Shown here: positions 17,996-28,505 of the stretch, piece after piece | Numbering within the stretch: the first letter of the stretch is position 1 | Layout: each line of letters begins with the position of its first letter | DNA from: Flavobacteriales bacterium | Lineage (GTDB): Bacteria > Bacteroidota > Bacteroidia > Flavobacteriales_F > PHOS-HE28 | Direction: 5' to 3' | DNA length: 64,000 bases | NCBI GenBank assembly: GCA_016788205.1 | Contig: JAEUTA010000011.1 | Span: 45,649-109,648 of the forward strand | The notes under the pieces: generated by a model | Told to the model about the DNA's origin: nothing | Databases searched by the model: none | What the model saw: the letters and a program-made list of their open reading frames with translations, nothing else | Position numbers and translations under genes: made by a program

Positions 17996-19678
17996 ATGAC
18001 GAGCGACCATTTCGCCGCTTCCGAACTGGCGCGCTTGTGTGCCGCAAAGGGGGTGAAGCATGCGGTGATCAGCCCTGGCAGCCGCAGCGCGCCCTTGGTG
18101 ATCGCCTTCAACAAGCAGGACGGTATCGAGTGCCTGCAAGTCATCGATGAACGCAGCGCTGCCTTCTTCGCACTCGGTATGGCGCAGCAGCTGCACGCGC
18201 CAGTGGCGCTGATCTGCACCAGCGGCAGTGCGGTACTTAACTACGGCCCCGCGATCGCCGAAGCGTTCTACCAACGCATCCCCTTGTTGGTGATCACCGC
18301 TGATCGCCCCGAAGAATGGGTGGACCAGGGTGAAGGACAGGCGATCCGTCAGCAAGGCGTGCTCGCACTGCACATGAAACGCAGCGTGCAGCTTCCGCGG
18401 ATGACGAGCGATGAACTCGCGCGCTGGCATTGCGGACGCTTGATCAACGAAGCGATCGACACCACCTTGCTCCCGGTCGCGGGACCGGTGCATGTGAACG
18501 TACCGTTCGCCGAGCCGTTGTATGGAACGGTTGAAGAAGTGGGCACATCGCGCTTCATCGCACCGGTGATGACAGAATCCTTCATCCTACCCGATCATGC
18601 GCGTTGGTTGCTCGGGCAGCTCTCGGCCTGCAAGAAGGTGATGGTGCTCGCCGGACAAGGCGTGTGGAGCGATGGTATGCGCAAGCAACTCGCGCAATTC
18701 GCATCGCTCCCGCAGGTGACCGTACACACCGAAGCGACCAGCAACCTGGACGACACCGCTTTCATCACCTGCATCGACCGGGTGATCGAGGCGGTGAGCG
18801 AGAAGAACGAGAAAGACCTGCGTCCCGAGCTCTTGATCACCTTCGGAGGTGCCGTGGTGAGCAAACGCATCAAGACCTTGTTGCGCAAATGGGAACCGGC
18901 GCAGCACTGGAACGTGGATGCCGGCCAGCGTCACTACGACACCTACCAGAGCCTGACGCACGACATCGCGGTGAGCCCGGAGATCTTCTTCGCGCAGCTC
19001 GCTTCCGGCGTACAAGCGAACGACAGCTTCTACGGCGAGGCGTGGAAGATGATGGACCAGAGCACGCGCGGCAAACACAACCGTATCATCGCCGATGCGC
19101 CTTTCTGTGACCTCACCGTTTTCAACACGCTGAACGACCGCATCCCCGGTGACAGTGCAGTGCATCTCGCGAACAGTACACCAGCGCGTTATGCGCAGCT
19201 CTTCGATCGCGTGCGCGGCCATCACTGGTTCGGCAACCGTGGAACAAGTGGCATCGATGGTTGTACGAGCACGGCTGTCGGTGCAGCGTTCGCCACCAAA
19301 CAGATCACCACGCTCATCACTGGCGATACGGCATTCTGTTACGACAGCAACGCCTTCTGGAACGACCACCTCTCGCCGAACCTGAAGGTGATCGTGATCG
19401 ACAACGGTGGTGGCAACATCTTCCGTTTCATCGAAGGGCCGGATAAGGATGCCGATCTGCTGCAATGGTTCGAGGCGCCACATGCACGCAGCATCGAGAA
19501 GCTGGTGCAGAGCTTCGACCTACCCTACTACCATGCGAACGACCAGGCATCGCTGGAAGCAGGGATCGACAAGCTGTACGCTGTTCACGACAAGGCAGCT
19601 GTACTGCACGTCACGACGGACGCACAGACCTCACCGCAAGTGCTCCGTGACTACTTCAATCAACTCCGCACTTCATGA
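17996..19678 (+). CDS. menD: SEPHCHC synthase
   Basis: [42 protein letters not shown]. Confidence 0.96.
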   Translation: MTSDHFAASELARLCAAKGVKHAVISPGSRSAPLVIAFNKQDGIECLQVIDERSAAFFALGMAQQLHAPVALICTSGSAVLNYGPAIAEAFYQRIPLLVITADRPEEWVDQGEGQAIRQQGVLALHMKRSVQLPRMTSDELARWHCGRLINEAIDTTLLPVAGPVHVNVPFAEPLYGTVEEVGTSRFIAPVMTESFILPDHARWLLGQLSACKKVMVLAGQGVWSDGMRKQLAQFASLPQVTVHTEATSNLDDTAFITCIDRVIEAVSEKNEKDLRPELLITFGGAVVSKRIKTLLRKWEPAQHWNVDAGQRHYDTYQSLTHDIAVSPEIFFAQLASGVQANDSFYGEAWKMMDQSTRGKHNRIIADAPFCDLTVFNTLNDRIPGDSAVHLANSTPARYAQLFDRVRGHHWFGNRGTSGIDGCTSTAVGAAFATKQITTLITGDTAFCYDSNAFWNDHLSPNLKVIVIDNGGGNIFRFIEGPDKDADLLQWFEAPHARSIEKLVQSFDLPYYHANDQASLEAGIDKLYAVHDKAAVLHVTTDAQTSPQVLRDYFNQLRTS

Positions 19679-19688
19679 ACGTCGCGCA

Positions 19689-19718
19689 TTCGTTGCGTCC
19701 TTCGCGTCTTTGCGGTTC
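19689..19718. repeat. Short degenerate tandem repeat in the menD-menB spacer
   Basis: ttcgttgcgtcc-ttcgcgtct-ttgcggttc, about 9-nt periodicity. Confidence 0.45.
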
Positions 19719-19730
19719 AATCGCATTCAA

Positions 19731-20552
19731 ATGAGCTCCCGCAACTGGACCACCATCAAGGAATACACGGACATCAAGTTCGAGTTCTTCGAAGGCATCG
19801 CCAAGATCACGATCAACCGGCCCGAGGTGTACAACGCCTTCCGACCGGACACGAACAAAGAGATGATCGACGCGATGGACATCGCCCGCGAGGATCCGGC
19901 GATCGGCGTGGTGGTGCTCACCGGCGCTGGTGACAAGGCCTTCTGCAGCGGCGGCGACCAGAACGTGAAAGGACGTGGCGGCTACATCGGCACCGATGGC
20001 ATCCCACGCCTCAATGTGCTCGACCTGCACAAACGCATCCGCGAACTACCCAAGCCCGTGGTGGCCATGGTGAACGGCTATGCCATCGGTGGCGGGCACG
20101 TGCTGCACGTGGTGTGCGACCTCACCATCGCTGCGGACCACGCCCGCTTCGGACAGACCGGCCCCAAGGTGGGCAGCTTCGATGCGGGCTTCGGCAGCAA
20201 CTACCTCGCGCGCCACGTGGGCCAGAAGAAAGCCCGCGAGATCTGGTTCCTCTGCCTGCAATACAGCGCGCAGGAAGCCGAGGATATGGGCATGGTGAAC
20301 AAGGTGGTACCGCTCGCGGAACTGGAAGATACCACCGTGGAATGGTGCCAGATCATGATGCAACGCAGTCCGCTCGCGTTGCGCATGATCAAACGCGGCT
20401 TGAACGCTGAACTGGATGGTCAACGCGGGTTGATGGAGTTCGCGGGTGACGCCACGCTGATGTACTACCTGATGGACGAGGCGCAGGAAGGGCGAAACGC
20501 GTTCCTGGAGAAGCGGGCGCCGGATTTCCAGAAGTTCCCGAAATTCCCGTGA
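19731..20552 (+). CDS. menB: 1,4-dihydroxy-2-naphthoyl-CoA synthase
   Basis: [47 protein letters not shown]. Confidence 0.97.
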   Translation: MSSRNWTTIKEYTDIKFEFFEGIAKITINRPEVYNAFRPDTNKEMIDAMDIAREDPAIGVVVLTGAGDKAFCSGGDQNVKGRGGYIGTDGIPRLNVLDLHKRIRELPKPVVAMVNGYAIGGGHVLHVVCDLTIAADHARFGQTGPKVGSFDAGFGSNYLARHVGQKKAREIWFLCLQYSAQEAEDMGMVNKVVPLAELEDTTVEWCQIMMQRSPLALRMIKRGLNAELDGQRGLMEFAGDATLMYYLMDEAQEGRNAFLEKRAPDFQKFPKFP

Positions 20553-20566
20553 GCTGATCTCCGCAA

Positions 20567-20938
20567 ATGGCTATTGTCCTGGACATTGACACCTTCCACA
20601 AGTATCTCGGGTTCCTCGCCACGGAAACCACACAGCTACTCCGTAAAGGGCCAGACGAGGATGGGCTTGACCGGCTGAATGTCGAACTGACAACCTTACT
20701 TGATCGCTGTGCGAATAGCTCCGTCCCCGAAGATCTCATCGGCCGATATTCGACAGTGCTTGCGGCATACAAGAAGGCTTCATCGGAGAATGTAGGAGCT
20801 TCCGTAGTAGACGGATTGATCACTATGATCACGAACTTCTCCTTCACCTATGCACGGCAGAAGAAGCAGATCCAGGTGATCCAGGAGCTAAAGACCGACC
20901 TAGAAGCTCTCGCCATGTATGCGAAGCTGCACTACTAG
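20567..20938 (+). CDS. Hypothetical protein inserted in the men operon
   Basis: 123-aa helical-looking ORF that exactly fills the menB-menA gap; lower GC. Confidence 0.65.
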   Translation: MAIVLDIDTFHKYLGFLATETTQLLRKGPDEDGLDRLNVELTTLLDRCANSSVPEDLIGRYSTVLAAYKKASSENVGASVVDGLITMITNFSFTYARQKKQIQVIQELKTDLEALAMYAKLHY

Positions 20939-20941
20939 CGG

Positions 20942-21853
20942 ATGAAACACTGGTTGCAGGCATTTCGATTGCGCACATTGCCTTTAGCGGTGAGCAGCAT
21001 TATCGTAGGCAGTGCCGTAGCTCATCAGGAACAGAGACTGTCTTCCTATTTAGTCTTCAATCCAGTCGTTCTCCTCCTTGCAGTACTAACGGCTGTACTG
21101 CTTCAGATCCTGAGCAATCTGGCCAACGACCTCGGTGACCACCAGCATGGCACTGACAATGCTGAACGCGTGGGTCCGCAGCGTGCAGTGCAGAGCGGTG
21201 CAATTACACCCCGCAAAATGCGGAGGGCAATGATCATTTGCGGACTTCTCGCTCTCATCAGTGGCTGCTCATTGATCACCGTTGCACTCGGAGTTACCCT
21301 GAAGACCTTGATTTTCTTGCTCATCGGACTATTTGCCATCGGCGCGGCGGTCAAATACACCTTCGGCGATAATCCATACGGATACTCCGGGCTCGGTGAC
21401 TTGAGCGTCTTCCTCTTCTTCGGCATCATTGGTGTCCTCGGCACTTACTACCTCCACACACGCCACTTCGACTTTCTACTTCTACTTCCAGCCGCTGCCT
21501 TCGGGCTGCTCAGTGCCGGTGTGCTCAACGTGAACAACATGCGCGATATCGTAAACGACGCGGCCAGCGGCAAGCGAACCTTGGTCGTGCGCATGGGGTC
21601 GGCCAACGCACGCATCTATCACACTATGCTCGTCTGCGGCGGTATGCTAGGGCTTGCCGGATTTGCGTTGGTTGCCGGTCTCGGCTGGACCTCCTGGCTC
21701 TTCCTCCTCGTCACACCCGGCTTCATCATCCACCTGAAGAAGATCTGGACAACCGCCGAACCCCGCGCCCTTGACCCACAACTGAAAGTGTTGGCCATGG
21801 GCACCTTCGTCACCGCGCTGCTGTTCTCGCTGGGTCTTATCCTTGCGGTATGA
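20942..21853 (+). CDS. menA: 1,4-dihydroxy-2-naphthoate polyprenyltransferase
   Basis: RLRTLPL, SNLANDLGD...GTD, NVNNMRD...D...GKRTL; multiple TM helices. Confidence 0.95.
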   Translation: MKHWLQAFRLRTLPLAVSSIIVGSAVAHQEQRLSSYLVFNPVVLLLAVLTAVLLQILSNLANDLGDHQHGTDNAERVGPQRAVQSGAITPRKMRRAMIICGLLALISGCSLITVALGVTLKTLIFLLIGLFAIGAAVKYTFGDNPYGYSGLGDLSVFLFFGIIGVLGTYYLHTRHFDFLLLLPAAAFGLLSAGVLNVNNMRDIVNDAASGKRTLVVRMGSANARIYHTMLVCGGMLGLAGFALVAGLGWTSWLFLLVTPGFIIHLKKIWTTAEPRALDPQLKVLAMGTFVTALLFSLGLILAV

Positions 21854-22905
21854 TCGCCGCGCGCTGGATCGAACGCACCCTGCAACCCCGCTTCGAGCTG
21901 GGCACTTCCAAAGGGCCGATCAACGCACGCACCGTTTGGTATCTGCTAGCGTGGCATACCGAACGGCCTGAGCTCATCGGCATCGGTGAAGCGGCGCTCT
22001 TCCCCGGCCACAGCAAGGAGTTCCCGGCGGATGTGCGCACGAAGCTGATCGAACTATGCGCGGACACCACGAATTGGCAACGCCGGTTGAACACCGACCT
22101 GATCGATGTTCCGAGCGTGCGTTTCGCGGTGGAGCAATGCCTACGTGACCTCGGCGTGAGCGGCACCAAGGAACTCTTCCCTTCCGCCTTCACCCTTGGA
22201 AAGGAACCCATTCCCATCAATGGCTTGGTGTGGATGGGCGACAAGGCCACGATGAAGCAGCGCATCCGAGAGCAGATCGAAAAGGGCTTCACCACGGTGA
22301 AGATGAAGATCGGTGCGATCGGGATCGATGATGAGCTGGAACTTCTACGTGATGTGCGCAGTGAGTTCCGTGCCAGTGACATCACGCTGCGTGTGGACGC
22401 GAACGGTGCGTTCAGTGCACAACAAGCGCCGGACATATTGAAGCGCCTTGCTGATCTTGACGTACACAGCATCGAGCAACCCGTACACGCCGGTTTGTAC
22501 GAAGTGATGGCGGAACTCTGCGAGCGGTCGCCGGTGCCGATCGCATTGGACGAGGACCTCATCGGCCTGAACACCCGCGATGCGAAAGTGGATCTGCTGG
22601 ACAACGTGAAGCCACAATACATCGTGATCAAGCCGAGCCTCGTGGGCGGTTGGGTGGCCACGCAGGAGTGGATCGACCTCGCGAAGGCACGCCACATCAG
22701 CTGGTGGATCACTTCGGCGCTGGAGAGCAGCATCGGGCTGAACGCCATCGCGCAATACACGGCGACGTTGAACGTGGGCATGCCGCAAGGACTTGGTACC
22801 GGCAGCGTGTACACGAACAACATCCCTTCTCCCCTGCTCGCCGAGCGCGGCGCGCTGCACTATCGTCCGGAAGTGGCTTGGGATCTTTCGCTCTTCCACC
22901 AATGA
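21850..22905 (+). CDS. menC: o-succinylbenzoate synthase
   Basis: KMKIG, RVDANG, IEQP, IALDE, IKPSL, TSALES. Confidence 0.92.
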   Translation: MIAARWIERTLQPRFELGTSKGPINARTVWYLLAWHTERPELIGIGEAALFPGHSKEFPADVRTKLIELCADTTNWQRRLNTDLIDVPSVRFAVEQCLRDLGVSGTKELFPSAFTLGKEPIPINGLVWMGDKATMKQRIREQIEKGFTTVKMKIGAIGIDDELELLRDVRSEFRASDITLRVDANGAFSAQQAPDILKRLADLDVHSIEQPVHAGLYEVMAELCERSPVPIALDEDLIGLNTRDAKVDLLDNVKPQYIVIKPSLVGGWVATQEWIDLAKARHISWWITSALESSIGLNAIAQYTATLNVGMPQGLGTGSVYTNNIPSPLLAERGALHYRPEVAWDLSLFHQ

Positions 22906-23987
22906 GCGTTCCCGACGATCGCTTCGCACGGATCATCATCGATGGCTTCGTCCTTACGCGCGAGGAGGCCATCCAACGGTTCCGCGCTTTCATCGGCCCA
23001 CGGTCCGAGGATCACCCGTGGGCCACCGCGCTGGTAAGCACCCTGGAGGACCTGGGCAATGCAACAGGCCTACGCGCGACCACCAGTGGCACCACCGGAC
23101 CTCCCAAGCGATACATCATCCCACGCGCGGACCTTATGGCCAGCGCCGCATTGACCGCCCGTGCATTCGACCTGAAATCCCGGGACCGCGTGTTGCACTG
23201 CCTGCCCAGCGACTTCGTAGCGGGCAAGATGATGCTCGTGCGCGCCTTCGTGCTCGGCCTGGACCTGCATGTGATCGATCCGCGCGGAAGTGTATTGGAC
23301 CACCTCGGCACGAACGAGCATTTCCGTTTCGCCGCCATGGTGCCATTGCAGTTACACCGTGCGTTGAACGAAGACCGGGACCGTGTGGAGGCCCAGTTCG
23401 AGACCATCCTGCTCGGCGGCGGACCGGTGAGCGAAGCGCTTTCAGTAGCGCTGCAGGGCTTGCGGACGAAGGTCCACATCGGTTACGGCAGCACGGAAAC
23501 GGTGACGCACGTCGCCCTGCGGTCGTTGAACGGCGAAGGTGCAAGCGATGCCTTCACCGCCCTGGGAGATGTCCACTTCGGTCGCGACCCGCGGGGATGT
23601 CTGGTCGTGCATACACCGCACCTCGGTGTTCCGCAGCATGTAACGAACGACCTCGTCGAACTGCTCGATGACACGCATTTCCGCTGGCTCGGTCGCTACG
23701 ACAATGTGATACTCAGCGGCGGCAAGAAGATCTTCCCGGAGCAGTTGGAGGCGAAGACCGCAGGCGTGATCCCCTACGCACACTACTTCACTTCAACGCC
23801 GGACGACCTGCTCGGCCAAAGCGTGCTGCTCGTGCTGGAATGCCCGAAGGATGAAGCGGACGTGATGAACGAAGTGATGCCGTTACTATTGACGGTGCTA
23901 CATCCGCACGAACTTCCAAGACGTGTACGCACCGTTCCCACGTTCGAGCGCACATCCGGCGGCAAGGTGATCCGTAAGCGGCCATGA
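22902..23987 (+). CDS. menE: o-succinylbenzoate-CoA ligase (short Bacteroidota type)
   Basis: TSGTTGPPK, YGSTET, TND, GRYDNVILSGGKK; ATGA coupling to menC. Confidence 0.88.
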   Translation: MSVPDDRFARIIIDGFVLTREEAIQRFRAFIGPRSEDHPWATALVSTLEDLGNATGLRATTSGTTGPPKRYIIPRADLMASAALTARAFDLKSRDRVLHCLPSDFVAGKMMLVRAFVLGLDLHVIDPRGSVLDHLGTNEHFRFAAMVPLQLHRALNEDRDRVEAQFETILLGGGPVSEALSVALQGLRTKVHIGYGSTETVTHVALRSLNGEGASDAFTALGDVHFGRDPRGCLVVHTPHLGVPQHVTNDLVELLDDTHFRWLGRYDNVILSGGKKIFPEQLEAKTAGVIPYAHYFTSTPDDLLGQSVLLVLECPKDEADVMNEVMPLLLTVLHPHELPRRVRTVPTFERTSGGKVIRKRP

Positions 23988-24193
23988 TCTGGTTCTTCGC
24001 GCTCCTGCTTCTCTACGCGTTCGCTTTCGTGATCGTCGTATGGCCGATCCACTGGATGTGGCACACGTTCACGCAGGACGGCACATACGATAAACGCTTC
24101 TACCGACAGGCCTCGTACTGGAAGCTCTACTTCTGGGTCTTCGGCACGGCGATGCTGCTCACCTTCGGCCTGAACATCCTGCGCGGACCGTAG
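23984..24193 (+). CDS. Small two-TM hypothetical membrane protein
   Basis: ATGA overlap with the menE stop; two hydrophobic segments. Confidence 0.65.
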   Translation: MIWFFALLLLYAFAFVIVVWPIHWMWHTFTQDGTYDKRFYRQASYWKLYFWVFGTAMLLTFGLNILRGP

Positions 24194-24200
24194 AAGGCAC

Positions 24201-25292
24201 CTACTTCATGTTGTTCACCGCCTCCTTGTCCAACGGCGCCTCGTCATCGTCGTCGCCCATCGGCTTGGTCACCGTGTAGGTACGCCACTTCTCCAGCACG
24301 GCCTGCATATCGGCGGGTAGCGGACTCTCGAAGTGCATGCGCTTGCCGGTGATCGGATGGTCGATGTCCAGCGTACGTGCGTGCAGCGCCTGGCGTGGCA
24401 GCACCTTGAAACAGTTCTCCACGAACTGGCGGTACTTGGTGAAGGTGGTGCCCTTCAGGACGCGATCACCGCCGTACGCGGCATCGTTGAAGAGCGGATG
24501 TCCCGTCCACTGCATGTGCACCCGGATCTGGTGCGTGCGGCCCGTCTCCAACTTGCACTCCACCAGTGTGATGTAACGGAAACGCTCGAGCACCTTCCAC
24601 CGTGTCAGCGCCGGTTTGCCTTGATCACCGTCCGGGAAGACGAATTGGACCGTGCGGTCCTTCACGCTGCGTCCGATATGGCCTTCGATGAGGCCCTCAT
24701 CTTCGTTGAAGTCGCCCCAGACCAAAGCGTTGTAACGGCGGTCGCTCGTGCGATCGAAGAACTGGCGTGCCAGGTGCGTAAGCGCTTCCTCCGTCTTGCC
24801 TACGACCATGACACCGCTGGTATCCTTGTCCAGGCGATGGACCAGACCCGGACGTGGGATCTCCGCACCAGGCGTACTCGGCAGCTTGCCGAAGTGGAAC
24901 AGCAAGGCGTTCACCAAAGTGCCGGTCCAGTTACCATGGCCGGGGTGTACCACAAGGCCCGCCTGCTTGTTGATGACCAGGATATGATCGTCCTCATACA
25001 GCACTTCCAAGGGGATATCCTCCGGAAGGATCTCCACTTCGCGCTGGGGATACGGCAGCACGATGCTGATCTCATCGTCCGGCTTCACCTTCTGGCTGGG
25101 CTTTGCGCTCTTGCCGTTCACGAGCACATTGCCCGCTTTGGCCGCTACCTGGATGCGGTTGCGTGACGTGTTCGCCAGCCGGTCGAACAGGAACTTGTCC
25201 AGCCGGATCTGCGACTGCTTGGGGTCGCAGACGATGCGGTGGTGCTCGTAGAGCTCCTGTTCCTCCGCTGAATTGTCGAGTTCCTGGTCCAT
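24201..25292 (-). CDS. rluD: RluA/RluD family pseudouridine synthase
   Basis: S4 domain RLDKFL, NKQAGLVVHPG, VHRLDKDTSG, LETGRTHQIRVH. Start ATG 25292. Confidence 0.92.
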   Translation of the reverse strand: MDQELDNSAEEQELYEHHRIVCDPKQSQIRLDKFLFDRLANTSRNRIQVAAKAGNVLVNGKSAKPSQKVKPDDEISIVLPYPQREVEILPEDIPLEVLYEDDHILVINKQAGLVVHPGHGNWTGTLVNALLFHFGKLPSTPGAEIPRPGLVHRLDKDTSGVMVVGKTEEALTHLARQFFDRTSDRRYNALVWGDFNEDEGLIEGHIGRSVKDRTVQFVFPDGDQGKPALTRWKVLERFRYITLVECKLETGRTHQIRVHMQWTGHPLFNDAAYGGDRVLKGTTFTKYRQFVENCFKVLPRQALHARTLDIDHPITGKRMHFESPLPADMQAVLEKWRTYTVTKPMGDDDDEAPLDKEAVNNMK

Positions 25293-27538
25293 CAGTGCTG
25301 GACCACCATACGGCCCTGGGCGCGCAAGGTACCAGCTTGATCCACGACACGCAGCACATAAACACCGTTGGCGATCGAAGCCGTGCTGAATTCGTTGGTG
25401 CCGTTCGCTCGTTCGCTCCAGACCATGCGCCCCGTTGCGTCGATGCACTGCACGCTGGCTCGCGTCGGCATGTCGCCGGAAAGGGCGACGCGCACGACAT
25501 CCGTGGCCGGATTCGGGTACACCAGCAGATCGCCCGGCGCGTCCTGCTCCGGAATGGATGCCCAAGGGTCCACGGCCGCGATCATCACCGGCCGCATCAT
25601 CAACGAACCTTGGAAACTGGTGTTGGCGAAGCTGCCGGAGGTGTTGTAGTAGATGCGGTTGCCGTTGTTGCGGTTGCGGTCGAAACCCAGGTTCATGTTC
25701 GCACCGTTGGTCTGCACCCAACCGATGTAGATGGTGCCTTCCACGCGGATGGCACTGTCCAGTTCGTACTCCACGAACTTGTCGATGCCATCAAGTCGGT
25801 ACTGGGGCGAGGAGAACGAGAAGTTCTGGTGCTGGATCACCTCGGGGCTCAAGCTGCTCCACACCGTGATCAGGAACGACCCATCGTCCGGGGGCAGCAA
25901 CGGCGGCTGGTTCGCGATCGGGTTGAAATACATCCGTACCGCCCGCAACGAATCAGGACCGATGAGATCGTACCGATAGGCCAGCTTGCCACCACCCACG
26001 TTCAGGCCATAACCCATCTCCGCCGTACCATCGTCGTAGGCGTAGTAGTTGCTCAGTTCCTGCCGCAGGTGGATGGTGTCGTTGTAGCGATTGATGTCCG
26101 GCGTGGCGTTGCACCAGAATTTCACGTCCCAGAAAGCCGCATCGGTGCTCGGTGAATTGTCGTAAACGAAATTGTTGGGCGCACTGTTGATCGGGTGCTG
26201 CGTATCGATGATCATCGCCGCATTACCGTTCGGGCTCAAGCCATTGGTGAAATTGGAGAGCGTTCCTCCGTCCTCGGAAACGGCGGTCATGCCGTAGTTG
26301 ATGAAAGCCGGTTCGATGTCCAGGTTCCGCATCTTCTCCAACGCGGTAAGCGCCATGGAAGAGGCCGGCGCATCTTCGAAACGAGCGAAGGGCACCGATG
26401 TGTAGGTCTGGAGCAGCGTGGCTTCGGGATACATGTAGGCCACATCCACCAGGCGCGTGTCGTTGTAGGCGCGCTGCGCTGCGAGGCGCACATAATCCAG
26501 GTGCCAGTGGTCGAACGAACCGCTCAGCGTGGCACAGTTCACGAAACGGAACTGGAACCCTTCCTTCAGGAAACGCTCCTGCCGCACAGGGATCAGCACT
26601 TGTTGGAAGTCGGCCAGGTCCACGTACGGAATGGCCCACATCCGGTACCACGACTGTTCCAAGGGTGCGTAGAACTCGAGGATCAAGCTGTCCACCACCT
26701 GGGCGTTGTCGTCGCCACTGAGGCCTTTGGCCTGGTAGAAGAAGCTGAGGTAGATGGAATCGCCCATCTCATACTCCAGGTCGATGGGAACGGAAGTGAG
26801 GTGGTCCGCACGGCCGTAAGCGGTATAGTTGGGGAAGTCGTACGGATATCCGGTGCGCGCCAAGCCATCGAAGGTGGCCACACCGATGGTGGGTGGATCG
26901 ATGGGATAGGTGCCATTGATGTACACGTCATCATCCTGCCAGAGGATCAACGGTGTCTCCACATCGTTCATCAGATAGGTGCCACCAGCTGCGGCCACGC
27001 TGTAAACGAGCACGGAGTCCTGTATCAGTTCCGGGCTCAGCAAGAAGGTCGTGTCCGCTGGCGGTGCGCTCAACGAATCGAGGATGTTGTACGGCGGCCA
27101 GGCTTCCACCGTAGTGCTGGTGGGCGGATACCCCGTGAGGTCGAGCACCGTGACCATCACGCTGGGCAATGCTTCACGCACGGTCTCCGGCGGGTCGTTG
27201 CCGTTCACCGTGGTGCGCCAGGTGGTGTCGGTCGTGTAGCGCATGTCCCACGTGGATCCCCCGTTCACCGTGAGGCGGTAGAGCGTGTTGGCCAGCGTTA
27301 CGTCCGCGTCCGTTTCACGGGCGATGCGTTTGCGTGTGCGGTCGGTGGAGAAGTCGTCCATCAACGGGATCTCCTGCATCTCGTACTGGTACTCGAACAC
27401 GCGGTTCACGTTGTCCTTGGCGCGACCCGGATCGGCGACGGGACGTGCCGAAAGAGCGCGCAGCTCTTCGCCCTGCGCCATGACACCGGCGCACAAGCAC
27501 CCGGCGAGGAGCGAACAAAGGATCCTAGTCAAGTCCAT
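25292..27538 (-). CDS. T9SS type A sorting domain protein
   Basis: Signal peptide ending MA-Q; C-terminal VYPNPATD...DATGR...GVYVLRV. Confidence 0.85.
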   Translation of the reverse strand: MDLTRILCSLLAGCLCAGVMAQGEELRALSARPVADPGRAKDNVNRVFEYQYEMQEIPLMDDFSTDRTRKRIARETDADVTLANTLYRLTVNGGSTWDMRYTTDTTWRTTVNGNDPPETVREALPSVMVTVLDLTGYPPTSTTVEAWPPYNILDSLSAPPADTTFLLSPELIQDSVLVYSVAAAGGTYLMNDVETPLILWQDDDVYINGTYPIDPPTIGVATFDGLARTGYPYDFPNYTAYGRADHLTSVPIDLEYEMGDSIYLSFFYQAKGLSGDDNAQVVDSLILEFYAPLEQSWYRMWAIPYVDLADFQQVLIPVRQERFLKEGFQFRFVNCATLSGSFDHWHLDYVRLAAQRAYNDTRLVDVAYMYPEATLLQTYTSVPFARFEDAPASSMALTALEKMRNLDIEPAFINYGMTAVSEDGGTLSNFTNGLSPNGNAAMIIDTQHPINSAPNNFVYDNSPSTDAAFWDVKFWCNATPDINRYNDTIHLRQELSNYYAYDDGTAEMGYGLNVGGGKLAYRYDLIGPDSLRAVRMYFNPIANQPPLLPPDDGSFLITVWSSLSPEVIQHQNFSFSSPQYRLDGIDKFVEYELDSAIRVEGTIYIGWVQTNGANMNLGFDRNRNNGNRIYYNTSGSFANTSFQGSLMMRPVMIAAVDPWASIPEQDAPGDLLVYPNPATDVVRVALSGDMPTRASVQCIDATGRMVWSERANGTNEFSTASIANGVYVLRVVDQAGTLRAQGRMVVQH

Positions 27539-28355
27539 CTTCAACAGTGTCGTTGCGGGTGTAGCGCGTGGGGTCGTTCCAACCGTCGTTCGGCTTCAAG
27601 CCCGTGGTGTCAGCGGTAAGCCAGATATCGATGGTGCTGCCCAAAGCGATGCGGTCGTTGGCGTTCGCCGAAGGTGACTGGCGACGCACCCGTGCCAACG
27701 TGGAATCGGCGGCCGTATTGCAGCCCTCGCACTCCACCAGCACACCCAGGTTCAACGAAGCCATGTTCAGCACCATCTGTACCTCGGCATGCGTCAACCC
27801 ACCGAGGTCCGGTACCGGTACGCGTTCACCCTTGTCCCCGCTGCCCAGCACCAGGGTGATGGATTCGCCACGCCGGATGCGCTGCTCCGGTGCGATGGGC
27901 TGTCCCTTGTACAGCTGCGCGATCACACAATCCACACAGGGGTCGGGCCGGTATTGCAGTTCCTGCACCTTGAGGCCGATGATGTCCAGCACGGAGATCG
28001 CCTGGCGTTTGCTCAGGTCCACCAACCGGGGCATGTCGATCATCTTCGGCTGGCTGGCGTTGAGCACCAGGTACACCTTGCGACCCGGTTTCACCTCGAT
28101 GCCCGATACCGGGTCCTGCTCCACGATGCTTCCCTTGGGCAATTCGTCCGAATAGACCGAATCGATCACGAAGGCGCGCAGCTCACGGCTTTCCAGCAAG
28201 CTCTCCGCCTCGGCCAGCGACAGGCCCTTCAGGTCCGGCACGCGCATGGCCACGTTGTGCAGGGTGTACTGCCGCAGCCACAGCCATCCACAGAACAACA
28301 GCGCTACCAGCACGATCACCGGGAGCAGGATGCGAACGAAGCGGTTTTGGAGCAT
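27525..28355 (-). CDS. PASTA domain-containing membrane protein
   Basis: N-terminal TM helix plus three PASTA repeats (VPDLKG, MPRLVD, VPDLGG; QDP/QSP). Confidence 0.9.
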   Translation of the reverse strand: MLQNRFVRILLPVIVLVALLFCGWLWLRQYTLHNVAMRVPDLKGLSLAEAESLLESRELRAFVIDSVYSDELPKGSIVEQDPVSGIEVKPGRKVYLVLNASQPKMIDMPRLVDLSKRQAISVLDIIGLKVQELQYRPDPCVDCVIAQLYKGQPIAPEQRIRRGESITLVLGSGDKGERVPVPDLGGLTHAEVQMVLNMASLNLGVLVECEGCNTAADSTLARVRRQSPSANANDRIALGSTIDIWLTADTTGLKPNDGWNDPTRYTRNDTVEDGLD

Positions 28356-28390
28356 ACGGCCCTTGGGGAATGGCCTTCTTCAGGCGGCGC

Positions 28391-28398
28391 CAAAGATA
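28391..28398 (-). promoter_or_regulatory. Primary sigma -7 element (TATCTTTG)
   Basis: Exact TAnnTTTG upstream of the PASTA gene. Confidence 0.7.
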
Positions 28399-28505
28399 GA
28401 CGGCCACCTTCAGCACCGGTCCACACCGGAGCGTTCACACTTTCAGGATGAACGACCCGACTTACAAGGCACGGCTCATCCAGCTTTGCCGCTCATCCCG
28501 CACCC

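Noticed and set aside
16424-18493. Upstream extension making a 924-aa minus-strand ORF
   Set aside because: It is the antisense shadow of menI/menF/menD; only the last 234 aa form a response regulator with its own ATG.
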